Source: Thermoanaerobaculia bacterium | Lineage (GTDB): Bacteria; Acidobacteriota; Thermoanaerobaculia; Multivoradales; Multivoraceae | DNA length: 64,000 bases | Reading direction: 5' to 3' | Assembly (NCBI GenBank): GCA_963666565.1 | Contig: OY762911.1 | Location: forward strand, 3,712,001-3,776,000 | Part shown: positions 1-8,839 of the stretch, one piece after another | How positions within the stretch are numbered: position 1 is the first letter of the stretch | Layout of the letters: every line of letters begins with the position of its first letter | Made by a program: the position numbers and the translations under genes | Notes under the pieces: model-generated | The model's database searches: none | The model's input: the letters and a program-made list of their open reading frames with translations, nothing else | Told to the model about the DNA's origin: nothing

Positions 1-229
1 CGCCAACCGTGGGCCCCAGGTGAGAGCCCAGATGTGGACACGCCGCGTCGGAGACGCAGATGCGGCCCTCGTCGTCGCACCAGACGACGATCTCCTCGCC
101 CAGCCACGTCCTCTCGATCAGCTTCTTCCGCAGAATCGCGTCGCGGCTCGCCACGAAGTACCAGCCCTCGGGGAAAGGCGGCAGTTCATCGTCTGGACTC
201 AACGTAGGTCGATCCGGCTTCGAGATCAT
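1..229 (-). CDS. Rieske [2Fe-2S] oxygenase, N-terminal part (runs off the window edge)
   Basis: Manual translation from ATG at 229 (RBS-like GAAGAGGA upstream): MISKPDRPTLSPDDELPPFPEGWYFVA...IVVWCDDEGRICVSDAACPHLGSHLG. GWY plus CPHLG is the first half of a Rieske motif, resembling KshA/Neverland-type oxygenases. Not in the ORF track. Confidence 0.8.
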   Translation of the reverse strand, partial: MISKPDRPTLSPDDELPPFPEGWYFVASRDAILRKKLIERTWLGEEIVVWCDDEGRICVSDAACPHLGSHLGPTVG

Positions 230-349
230 GGGGTCAGCGTTCCTCTTCGGGTTGACACGCACCGGCGGTCAGGACACCAGGGTCGACCTCCCAGTCAACT
301 CGCCCGCCTCTAAGGCCAACTATCCTAACAACATGGCTCCACCGGGGCT

Positions 350-1765
350 CTAGCGGTTCGGCGGCTGCCAGTTCGGATGAGGCACGTGGGCCGCTTCCAT
401 GATCCCCTCGATCTCTCTCACGACCTCCGGGTGGTTCCGGGCCACGTCGTACCGTTCGCCCTCGTCCCGCAGGACATCGTAGAGCTCGAGGCGGCCCGTC
501 AGCATCGGCTTGCGGACTCCCTTCCACTGCCCCATCCGAACCGCCTGCGCCGAGCCCGCTTCGTAGAATTCCCAGTAAAGGTAGTCGTGTGCCCGCTGCT
601 CGCCGGCGCGTCCCCGCAACGTCGGCGCGAAGCTGATCGAGTCCGTGGCCGGCGGCATGTCGACGTCCGAGAGATCGGCGACGGTAGCCATCAGGTCGCC
701 GAAGTAGCCGATGTGGGTCGATACCTGGCCGGGCTCGATCGTCCCCGGCCACCACGCCAGAAAGGGCACGCGGATGCCGCCATCGTAGAGGTCCCGCTTG
801 ATGCCCCGCAGGTCGCCGGAGGGGTTGAACCGAAGGAGGTCGTGGTTCGACTCGTTATGCGGTCCGTTGTCCGACGAGAACATGACGAGCGTCCTGTCGT
901 CGATCCCCAGTTCCGCGAGCCGCCGGAGCAGCGTGCCCACGTCCCGGTCCATGCGGGTGATCATCGCCGCCTGACCCTTGTCGGGATTCGGCCAGTCCTC
1001 TGACTCGTAGACGCCGTACTCCGGCACCTCCGCCCCGTCGCCGACGGCCCGCGTGGCTTCGTTGTTGGCGTGCGGAATCGTCAGCGCGAGGTAGAGGAAG
1101 AAGGGTGCGTCCTTCTGCTCCTCGACCCATGCCAGCGCCTCGCGCATGATCAGGTCGTGGGAGTACTCCTTGCGCTCCGTCGCCCAACCGCCCTCGAAAC
1201 CGCCATACGGACGCGGCGTCCTCTCGACATTGTTCCGGAGCGAGACCTTCTCCAGACCCCGCCACAGGAACTCGGGATAGTAGTTGTGGGCATGAACCTG
1301 GTTGAGGTAGCCATAGAACGCGTCGAACCCCTGGCTGAGGGGATGGCCTTCCATGCCGACCTCGCCGAGGCCCCACTTGCCGAACAGGCCGGTCGCGTAG
1401 CCGGCCGACTTCAGCACCTCCGCGACGGTGACGTCCTCTTCGCGCAGCGACTGGGCGGTTCCCCTGGCGTTGCCGCGGACATGGGTGCGTCCCGTGTGCT
1501 GCCCGGTCATCAGGACGCTGCGGGACGGAGCGCACACTGTCGCTCCCGCGTAGAAGTGCGTGAAACGGATCCCTTCGGCGGCCATGCGGTCCAGGCTGGG
1601 CGTCCGGATCACCCGCTGGCCGTAGGACCCGAGGTCTCCATAGCCGAGGTCGTCCGCCAGGATGAAGATCACGTTCGGCCGGTCCGTGCCCGCAGCAGCG
1701 CCCGCCGTCCCGACGAGCAGAATCGTCAGGCCGACGAGAACCGTTCTCTTCGGGCTCCGCCACAT
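350..1765 (-). CDS. Secreted arylsulfatase (formylglycine-dependent sulfatase family)
   Basis: Signal peptide, PNVIFILADDLG, CAPSR signature, GKWGLG, SSDNG, G-K..LYDGGIRVP. Confidence 0.93.
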   Translation of the reverse strand: MWRSPKRTVLVGLTILLVGTAGAAAGTDRPNVIFILADDLGYGDLGSYGQRVIRTPSLDRMAAEGIRFTHFYAGATVCAPSRSVLMTGQHTGRTHVRGNARGTAQSLREEDVTVAEVLKSAGYATGLFGKWGLGEVGMEGHPLSQGFDAFYGYLNQVHAHNYYPEFLWRGLEKVSLRNNVERTPRPYGGFEGGWATERKEYSHDLIMREALAWVEEQKDAPFFLYLALTIPHANNEATRAVGDGAEVPEYGVYESEDWPNPDKGQAAMITRMDRDVGTLLRRLAELGIDDRTLVMFSSDNGPHNESNHDLLRFNPSGDLRGIKRDLYDGGIRVPFLAWWPGTIEPGQVSTHIGYFGDLMATVADLSDVDMPPATDSISFAPTLRGRAGEQRAHDYLYWEFYEAGSAQAVRMGQWKGVRKPMLTGRLELYDVLRDEGERYDVARNHPEVVREIEGIMEAAHVPHPNWQPPNR

Positions 1766-1774
1766 AGAGCGACC

Positions 1775-2171
1775 TCAATCTGCTCGCAGGTGCGTCGTCG
1801 TCATGTCAATCAGCAGTCGGTCTGTTGGACCCGTTACGAGGGTCCGCACAACAATGAGCTTCCCTCCACGCCTGATTGCCGTCGACCGGGCGGTCAGCTT
1901 GCCGTCGCGCTCATTGCCGAGCAAGACTGTGTGCGGCCAAGGGGAAGCCTTCACCGTTCTCCCGCACACTGTCCGGATCGCCGACCGCACAAAGCGTCGC
2001 TGCGATATCGGCTAACCAGATCAATGCTCCGGCGTGGACCGTTCCGAACGCGTTCCTTGCCGCATCGGTGACAGTCATTGTTGCCACCACCAAGTCCGGT
2101 TCTCGGGACTCGATAGTGAGTGCGAGCCCGCCTGACCAGCGGTCTTCGGCAAGACGTTCATTGACGTTCAC
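1775..2171 (-). pseudogene. PaaI-family hotdog thioesterase, frameshifted near 1934
   Basis: AGGAGG then GTG at 2171. The N-half (NAFGTVHAGALIWLAD) is in ORF 1911..2171. The C-half (HTVLLGN...GGKLIVVRTLVTG) is in another frame, ORF 1775..1990. Junction reads TTG GCC G CAC ACA GTC. Confidence 0.75.
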
Positions 2172-2250
2172 GAGCTTCTCCTCCTAGCCTGGGAGTTCTC
2201 GGACTCTAAGACTCTGCGGGCTCTATCGAAACGGGGCGCTGGTGTCGTGA

Positions 2251-3660
2251 TCAAACCCGGACGGAGGCCAGAACTTCGACGAGTGCATCGATATCGCGTT
2301 CGCTCGTTCGCCCGTTGGTTATGCAGGCTCGCAGCACCGGCTTGCCTTCGAAGATTGCAGTTGACACCCAGAACCGGCCGTCGCTGCGAACGGCATCGAC
2401 GTAGTTTCGAACGGCTTCATGGCCTTCGGGTGGCACGAGGCATGCAACGGCCATGGGAGAGTGGTTCACGAGCGACCAACCTTCGTGCTGCAACAGCCAT
2501 GCGAGTCTGTCCGCCAATCGAATGGCGCGCTCTACATGGTCCGCGTATCCCATCCATCCTGCTGTTCCGAGTGCAAGAAACATCCGCAGTCCGACGAACC
2601 GTCGCGACCACTGGTTGGAATTGACATAGAAGTCCTTGGTCGTGTCGCTCCTGGGCATGTAGCTCGCATCTATGCGGAAGACCTGAGCGGCGAGATCCGG
2701 TCTGGAGGTCAGGAACATGCCCGCCCCCATGGTCGTTGCGAACCACTTGTGGGCGTCAATCGTGATCGAGTCCGCTTGTTCGATGCCCCTGAGAGCGCCA
2801 GTATCTCTGGCGATCAGCGCACCACCCCATGCCGCGTCGACGTGGAACCACATGCCGTGCTTTCTGGCTATTTCGCCGCACTGCGTCAACGGATCGACCA
2901 TCCCCGCGTTGGGCGTGCCAGCCGTCGCCGCTATCATGACAGGCATGTTGCCACTGCGGACGTCAGTTTCGATCGTTTCGGTCAACGCCTCGGGGTCCAT
3001 GCGTCCGCGCCCATCGGTCTGAATCAGCCGGACCGCGTTGCGCCCGACGCCCGCGGCGTGAGCGATCTTCAGCCATGCCAAATGGCTCTCCTCCGACACA
3101 AAAATGCGCGGCGGATGGGCGAATGCACACAAGCCATCATCACCGTACGCCGGGGATCCTGCTTGCAGAGCGCAGAGCATTCCCGTGAAGTTCGCTTCCG
3201 ATCCACCGCTTGTGAAGTGTCCGCCCGAGCCATCCGGCATGCCGGCCCTGCGTGCTACTTCCCGGATCACGTGCAGTTCGATCTCGACCGCCGCCGGCGC
3301 ATGCGAATGGACGCAGATCTGGGGGTTGAATACAGAGACAATGCGGTCGGCGCACTCGGCGGCAAACGTCGGCGCAGGGTTGAACAAGCCAAGATAGCCC
3401 GGATGCGTCACGTGTACCGTGCCGGTTTCGAGCCCCTCGATCACCCATTCCACTAGTCCCGCCAGCTCCTTGGGCTGGTGGAATTCCATGCTTCGCAGTT
3501 CCCGGAGCCACACGCCGGACGGGCCGCCGGGAACTACGTCGCGCGACGGCATGAGACGTCGCGCCGCGCCAAGGCGCTCGGTGAGCCTGTGGTCTGCTGC
3601 CGTCAGGGAATCATGGTCGGGAAACAGCGAACCGTTCGGATTGGTGTTCATTTTGGTCAT
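2251..3660 (-). CDS. Group II PLP-dependent amino-acid decarboxylase
   Basis: HPGYLGLF, FTSGGSEAN, SEESH, ATAGT, HVDAAWGG and DSITIDAHKW (PLP lysine). Confidence 0.9.
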   Translation of the reverse strand: MTKMNTNPNGSLFPDHDSLTAADHRLTERLGAARRLMPSRDVVPGGPSGVWLRELRSMEFHQPKELAGLVEWVIEGLETGTVHVTHPGYLGLFNPAPTFAAECADRIVSVFNPQICVHSHAPAAVEIELHVIREVARRAGMPDGSGGHFTSGGSEANFTGMLCALQAGSPAYGDDGLCAFAHPPRIFVSEESHLAWLKIAHAAGVGRNAVRLIQTDGRGRMDPEALTETIETDVRSGNMPVMIAATAGTPNAGMVDPLTQCGEIARKHGMWFHVDAAWGGALIARDTGALRGIEQADSITIDAHKWFATTMGAGMFLTSRPDLAAQVFRIDASYMPRSDTTKDFYVNSNQWSRRFVGLRMFLALGTAGWMGYADHVERAIRLADRLAWLLQHEGWSLVNHSPMAVACLVPPEGHEAVRNYVDAVRSDGRFWVSTAIFEGKPVLRACITNGRTSERDIDALVEVLASVRV

Positions 3661-3706
3661 CGGAAAGAATGCTCGAGGCGTCGCTCTTTGTCAGGCCACC
3701 GCCGGT

Positions 3707-4612
3707 TCATTCAACTACAGCGCGGGAGGCCTCACGGGCTAGGAGGGTCTGCTTCCGCTCCACTCCCCAGCGGTAGCCACCGACCGCGCCGTCGCTGCGA
3801 ACCACCCGGTGGCAGGGAATCGCTATGGCGAGCGGGTTGGCGGCGCATGCGCTCGCTACTGCCCGGGAAGCTCTCGGCGATCCGACCGCGGCGGCGAGCC
3901 CGCTGTAGCTCGCGGTCTCGCCGGCCGGGATCTCCCGGAGCGCCTGCCAGACTCGCTGCTGGAAGGCCGTGCCGCGGATGTCGAGCGGCAGGTCGTGGCC
4001 GAGGGCCGGTGCTTCGACCAGGCCGACGACCCGCGCCACCAACGACTCGAACTCCGGCTCGCCACCGGCAAGTTCCGCCTTCGGGAAACGGTCCTCCAGC
4101 TCCCGCACCAGCCTGTCAGGCTCGTCGCCGAGCAGGATGCTGCAGATTCCCTTCTCCGTCGCCGCCACGAGAATCGAGCCCAGGGAGCACTCGCCCACCG
4201 CGAACCGGATCGTCTCTCCGCCGCCGCCGCGCCGGAACGTCGAGGGCGCCATGCCAAGCAGGTCGGACGATGCCGCGTAGAACCGGCCGCTCGAGTTGAA
4301 GCCGGCGTCGTAGATCGCGTCCGTCACGGTGCGGGAGGTCCGTAGCGCCTCGCGCACCCGATCGCCTCGATGGCCGGCGACGTACGCACGCGGCGTGACG
4401 CCAGTGACTTTCTTGAAGACCCGGTGGAAATGGAACCGGCTCATGCCGGCCGCCTGCGCCAGCACGTCGAGATCCGGGGGCTCCACCGCCGCCTCGATCG
4501 CGCGGCAGGCCGCTGCCACGACCTCCGCGTGCCGTTCAGCGAGAGGCCGTTCGTTCGCCCGGGAACGGCGGCCGCGTGTCATCGGGGTTCGGTTGTCTAC
4601 TGATTCGGCCAT
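3707..4612 (-). CDS. ada: Ada-like AraC-HTH / O6-methylguanine-DNA methyltransferase (lacks the N-terminal Zn domain)
   Basis: AGMSRFHFHRVFKKVTGVTP HTH, GTAFQQRVW, IPCHRV active site. GGAGG RBS lies 6 nt before the ATG at 4612. Confidence 0.85.
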   Translation of the reverse strand: MAESVDNRTPMTRGRRSRANERPLAERHAEVVAAACRAIEAAVEPPDLDVLAQAAGMSRFHFHRVFKKVTGVTPRAYVAGHRGDRVREALRTSRTVTDAIYDAGFNSSGRFYAASSDLLGMAPSTFRRGGGGETIRFAVGECSLGSILVAATEKGICSILLGDEPDRLVRELEDRFPKAELAGGEPEFESLVARVVGLVEAPALGHDLPLDIRGTAFQQRVWQALREIPAGETASYSGLAAAVGSPRASRAVASACAANPLAIAIPCHRVVRSDGAVGGYRWGVERKQTLLAREASRAVVE

Positions 4613-4736
4613 ACGCATCCTCCCTCCGGTACTCCGTCACCGAGTAGCGACCGCAGCTACGTGCCGCGCAGAGAATCCTCGTATGACCGGCGCAGCATTG
4701 CACCTCGGTTCTTGCTCTCGACTCGGACTCGCCTCG

Positions 4737-5738
4737 CTACCGGACGCGGCGGTACGTTTCGTCGAGCGGCGGCAAGTAGACCGGCGGGCTGCCGTAGAAG
4801 TGACCGCGCAGGAAGCGCACCGACGTGTCGAGCGTGAGGTTGCGCCGGCGCTCCAGCGCTTCGACGCACGCCTCGTAGTCGGGGCCGTTACCGCCCAGAC
4901 GCGCCATGACGGCGGGCCGGGTCGCCCGCCAGTGCTCGTAGCTGGCGTAGCGAGCCATCATGTAGACCTCGTCGAAGTCGGTGCTTTCGGTTGCACCGAC
5001 TTCGGCTCCCCTGCGATCGAGCTCCTCGGGCGCCGGATACACCCGGCGCCACTGCCCGACGATCCGCGCGCCGTTCTTCTCGAAGTACGGCCAGACGCCT
5101 TCGCGGCTCAGCCGGCTGAACTCCTCGAAGGTCCCCTTGCGGATGCGGAAGTAGCGCAGCGTGATGATCTCCTCGCCCCGACGGGCTCGAGCGCTCCGCA
5201 CCGGGAGTTCGGCACTGGCATCCGCTTCGGGCTCGGCAATCTCGTACTCCTCGTCAAGACCGGGCATGTAGTACGGCCCGCCGGGCGCCATGTCCCCGAC
5301 GAGATAGATCGGACCGTCCGACCCCAGCTCCAACTGGCGTCTGGCGGCCAGCGCCTCGCGGAAGGCCTGCCAGTCCTCGCCGTTGCCGCCCAGCCGGTCC
5401 GCGGCCCGGGTGGCGGCCCAGTGGTTGTAACTGCGGTAGCGAGCCAACCGGTAGCCCTCGTCGAAGTCGTCGCTCTCACCGCCATCCGGGTGGACCACTT
5501 GCCACTGGCCCACGACGCGGCTGCCGATCTTCTCGAAGATTGGCCAGACGCCGTCGCGGCTCAGCTCGAAGAAGCGCTCGTGGGCCCCCTTCTGGAGCTT
5601 CTGGTGGCGAAGGACGAGAAACTCCTCGCCGGCGCGGGCGATGTCGTTGCGAACGGGTCGCGGAGGTTCCTGGGCCGGGAGGATCGACGCAGCGGCCAGG
5701 ACCGCAGCGGAGGCAAGCGAGAACGCCATCAGTCGCAT
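4737..5738 (-). CDS. Secreted protein with two tandem NIPSNAP-like repeats
   Basis: Signal peptide from ATG at 5738. Two internal repeats: G..E.F..LSR.GVWP.FEK.G.R.VGQW...DFDE.Y..ARY.SY.HW.ATR...LGGNG. Confidence 0.65.
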   Translation of the reverse strand: MRLMAFSLASAAVLAAASILPAQEPPRPVRNDIARAGEEFLVLRHQKLQKGAHERFFELSRDGVWPIFEKIGSRVVGQWQVVHPDGGESDDFDEGYRLARYRSYNHWAATRAADRLGGNGEDWQAFREALAARRQLELGSDGPIYLVGDMAPGGPYYMPGLDEEYEIAEPEADASAELPVRSARARRGEEIITLRYFRIRKGTFEEFSRLSREGVWPYFEKNGARIVGQWRRVYPAPEELDRRGAEVGATESTDFDEVYMMARYASYEHWRATRPAVMARLGGNGPDYEACVEALERRRNLTLDTSVRFLRGHFYGSPPVYLPPLDETYRRVR

Positions 5739-5762
5739 TGTGGTCGCCGCTTCGCGGCGCGC

Positions 5763-5852
5763 GTTCCCCAGAAGCCGGCGGGAACCCGGGTGGCGCGATC
5801 CCGCGCCACCCGCGTCACAGTCCCTGAGCCCGTCATCGGGCGCAGGGATGAC
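5763..5852. other. Cluster of three intergenic hairpins
   Basis: GTTCCC..GGGAAC (5763-5785); CGGGTGGCGCG-ATCC-CGCGCCACCCG (5787-5812); TCCCTGAGCCCG-TCAT-CGGGCGCAGGGA (5821-5848). Confidence 0.55.
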
Positions 5853-5895
5853 ACGCCGGCGCACCCAGTGGGCAGCTAGTCGCATCGAAGACCGC

Positions 5896-7476
5896 TCAGT
5901 TCGCCGGCGGCTTCTTCGCTTCGTCCTTCTTCGGCGTCGACTCGGGCGGCTGGGGTTCCGGCGGTTTCGGCGCCGGCTTCGCGTAGATGTCGACCGCCTT
6001 GGCGTCCTCTTCCTCCTCGGTCGGCGGACGCACGCCTTCGCCGAGCATGATCGCCTCGATCGCGGCGACGGTGACCGGGGACGGTTTGAAGTTGCCGAAG
6101 CGGTAGCCGCGCGCGATCGTCAGCGGGGTCCAGCCGTACTTGTTGCGCTGGTTCCAGACCTCGATGTCAGCGCCGTTGTCGGCCAGCAGGTGGACGACCC
6201 GCGGCAGGTTCTTGTAAGCCGCTCCGTGCATCGGTGTCTCGCCGTTGGCGTTCACCGCATCGATGTCGGCGCCCAGTTCCAGCGCCGTCCGCACGGCCTC
6301 GAGCACCTCCTCTTCGGTGCCGGCGTCCTCGCCGGGCGAGCGGGTGCCGAGGCCGGCCGCGGCCATGAGGGCCGTCGAGCCGTCGTCCGTCCGCGTCAGC
6401 GGGTCGGCGCCGAGGTCGGCCAGGGTGCGCATCAGGTCCGCGTCGGCCACCAGCGCCGCCAGGACGAACGGCGTCGCCCCCAACTCGTTCAGGCTCGTGT
6501 TGTTCAGGCGGGCCCTGGTCGTCATCCGGGCCTCGAGATCGGCGCCGTGTTCCACCATGTCGCGGACGAAGTCCAGGCCGTCCATCGAACCCGAACCGTC
6601 CGGCCGCGGGTTGTTGTCGCCGGCCCCGGGCTTGCGCACGCGCGCCAGCATGTGGAGCGCGGTGTAGCCGGTATGGGCCGCGTTCGGGTCGGTGCCCGCG
6701 TCGAGAAGCCGTGCGGCCAGCTCGAAGTGGCCGTTGGTGACCGCGACGAGGAGCGGCGTCGATCCGGGTCGTACGGAGCGGCCGCCCGGCAGCGGACGGT
6801 CCCGCTTCACCGCCTTGCCCGGCGTCGGCGCGTTCACGTCGACGCCGGCCCGGAGCAGCGCCTCCGTCACGTCGATCCGGCCTTCGCGGACCGCGAACAG
6901 CAGCGGCGTGAAGCCGGAATCCAAGGTCGCGTTGGGGTCCGCGCCCACCTCGAGCAGCAGTTCGACGACTTCCAGGTTGCCTTCGGCGGCCGCCCACATG
7001 AGCGCCGTCTGGCCTCGGCTCGGCTCGCGGAAACGGACGTCGGCGCCGGCCTCGTAGAGCGCTGCGACGACCTCGATCCGGCCGGTCCGCGCCGCGGTCA
7101 TGAACACCGTCTCGCCGCCCGCGAGCACGGCGTTGGGGTCGGCGCCCGCGGCCAGGAGCGATTCGACGATCTCGACGTTGCCGTTGGCGCAGGCGAGCGA
7201 CAGCGGGACGACGCCGTAGCGGTTGGCGGCGGAGGCGTCGGCGCCGGCGTCGAGGAGTCGGCGCGCGAGATCGGTTCGGTCGTGGTAGACGGCCCAGTGG
7301 AGGGCCGTCATGCCGTCGACCTGGGCGGCGTTGATCTCGTCGGCGGTCGGCGAGGCCGCGAGGAGGCGCTCGATCATGGCGATGTCGAGGTGTTCGGCGG
7401 CGTCGGCGAGGGGAGCGTTGGCGGTGGCGGCCGCGGCCGGCACGGCAAGGAGGAACGCGAGGACGAAGCTACGCAC
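5896..7476 (-). CDS. Secreted ankyrin-repeat protein
   Basis: Signal peptide; many G.TALHWA / G.TPL..A...G...V..LL..GAD.N repeats; Pro/Lys-rich tail. Confidence 0.92.
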   Translation of the reverse strand: MRSFVLAFLLAVPAAAATANAPLADAAEHLDIAMIERLLAASPTADEINAAQVDGMTALHWAVYHDRTDLARRLLDAGADASAANRYGVVPLSLACANGNVEIVESLLAAGADPNAVLAGGETVFMTAARTGRIEVVAALYEAGADVRFREPSRGQTALMWAAAEGNLEVVELLLEVGADPNATLDSGFTPLLFAVREGRIDVTEALLRAGVDVNAPTPGKAVKRDRPLPGGRSVRPGSTPLLVAVTNGHFELAARLLDAGTDPNAAHTGYTALHMLARVRKPGAGDNNPRPDGSGSMDGLDFVRDMVEHGADLEARMTTRARLNNTSLNELGATPFVLAALVADADLMRTLADLGADPLTRTDDGSTALMAAAGLGTRSPGEDAGTEEEVLEAVRTALELGADIDAVNANGETPMHGAAYKNLPRVVHLLADNGADIEVWNQRNKYGWTPLTIARGYRFGNFKPSPVTVAAIEAIMLGEGVRPPTEEEEDAKAVDIYAKPAPKPPEPQPPESTPKKDEAKKPPAN

Positions 7477-7486
7477 TCTCTCCCCC

Positions 7487-8839
7487 TCAGCCCGCCAGGC
7501 GGACCGGCTCGGCCAGGGTGTCGATCCGGCCGGTGCTGTCGGCGAAGGAGTCGAGCCGCACGCCGACGCTGTCGAGCAGCGTGAGGTGCAGGTTGGCCAT
7601 CGGCGCCGGCTCGTCGTAGACGATGTGCTGGCCGCCGCGGACGGTGCCTCCCCCGCCGCCGGCGACGACGATCGGGAGGTCCACGTGGTCGTGGACGTTC
7701 GGGTTGCCCATGCCGCTGCCGTAGAGGTAGAGCGAGTTGTCGAGCAGGTTGCCGTCGCCCTCCGGCACCGCCGCGAGCTTGTCGAGGAAGTAGGCGAACA
7801 GCGAGACGTGGAACTGGTTGATCTTCGCCAGCTTCGCCACCTTCTCGGGATCGTTGCCGTGGTGCGACGTCGGATGGTGCGGATCCGGCACGCCGATCTC
7901 GGGGTAGGTCCGGTTGCTCGACTCGCGGGCGAGCTGGAACGTGACGACCCGGGTCACGTCGGCCTGGAGCGCCAGCACCTGGAGATCGAACATCAGCCGG
8001 GCGTGGTCGGCGTAGGCCGCGGGCACGCCGGCCGGGCGGTCGACGTCGGGCAGCGCGCCCTCGCCGGCCTGAGCCTCCGCTCTCTGGATGCGCCGCTCGA
8101 CTTCCCGCACCGAGTCGAGGTACTCACTGACCTTGACCCGGTCGCCGGGGCCCAGCATGCCCTGGAGCCGGGTGATGTCCTCGTGCACCCAGTCGAGCAG
8201 GCTGGCCTTGCGCTGGAGCCCCTCGCGCCGCTCGGCCGCCGTGCCGCCCTCGCCGAACAGCCGCTCGAAGACGAGCCGCGGATGGGCCTCGGCCGGCAGC
8301 GGCGTCGTCGGCGACGACCAGGAGAGGTTGTTCTGGTACACGCAGGCGTAGCCGTTGTCGCACTGGCCGACCATGTCCATCAGGTCCATCGCCAGCTCGA
8401 GCGAAGGCAACTGGGTCTCCTGGCCGATCTGTTGCGCCGCGATCTGATCGACCGTCGTGCCGAGGTAGTAGTCCGTGCTCTCGGTCCACTTCGCCTTCGC
8501 CGCGGAGAGAAACGCCGCGTTCGAGGTCGCGTGGGTCCCGGGATAGGCGTTCTTCAGTTCCAGGTTGCTGATCACCGAGATCCGCTTCCTGAAGCCCTCC
8601 AGCGGACTGAGCGACGGCGAGAGTTCACCGAGCGCCCCGCTGCCGCCGGCCGGACGCCAGCGCGTGATGTCGGAGCCCATCGGGATGTAGACGAAGCCGA
8701 GGCGCCGCACGGGCTTGGCCGCGGTCTTCGCCCAGGCGGTCATCGACGGCACCATCGCGTCGAGCAGGGGCAGCGCGATCGCCGCGCCCATGCCGCGCAG
8801 GAAGGTGCGCCGCGGGAGCGCTTTCTTGGTCAGGATCAT
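7487..8839 (-). CDS. DUF1552 (HXXSHH) family protein with Tat-like signal
   Basis: Start MILTKKALPRRTFLRGMG overlaps the upstream stop (ATGA at 8836-8839). Motifs HHPTSHHG and GSGMGNPNVH. Confidence 0.85.
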   Translation of the reverse strand: MILTKKALPRRTFLRGMGAAIALPLLDAMVPSMTAWAKTAAKPVRRLGFVYIPMGSDITRWRPAGGSGALGELSPSLSPLEGFRKRISVISNLELKNAYPGTHATSNAAFLSAAKAKWTESTDYYLGTTVDQIAAQQIGQETQLPSLELAMDLMDMVGQCDNGYACVYQNNLSWSSPTTPLPAEAHPRLVFERLFGEGGTAAERREGLQRKASLLDWVHEDITRLQGMLGPGDRVKVSEYLDSVREVERRIQRAEAQAGEGALPDVDRPAGVPAAYADHARLMFDLQVLALQADVTRVVTFQLARESSNRTYPEIGVPDPHHPTSHHGNDPEKVAKLAKINQFHVSLFAYFLDKLAAVPEGDGNLLDNSLYLYGSGMGNPNVHDHVDLPIVVAGGGGGTVRGGQHIVYDEPAPMANLHLTLLDSVGVRLDSFADSTGRIDTLAEPVRLAG

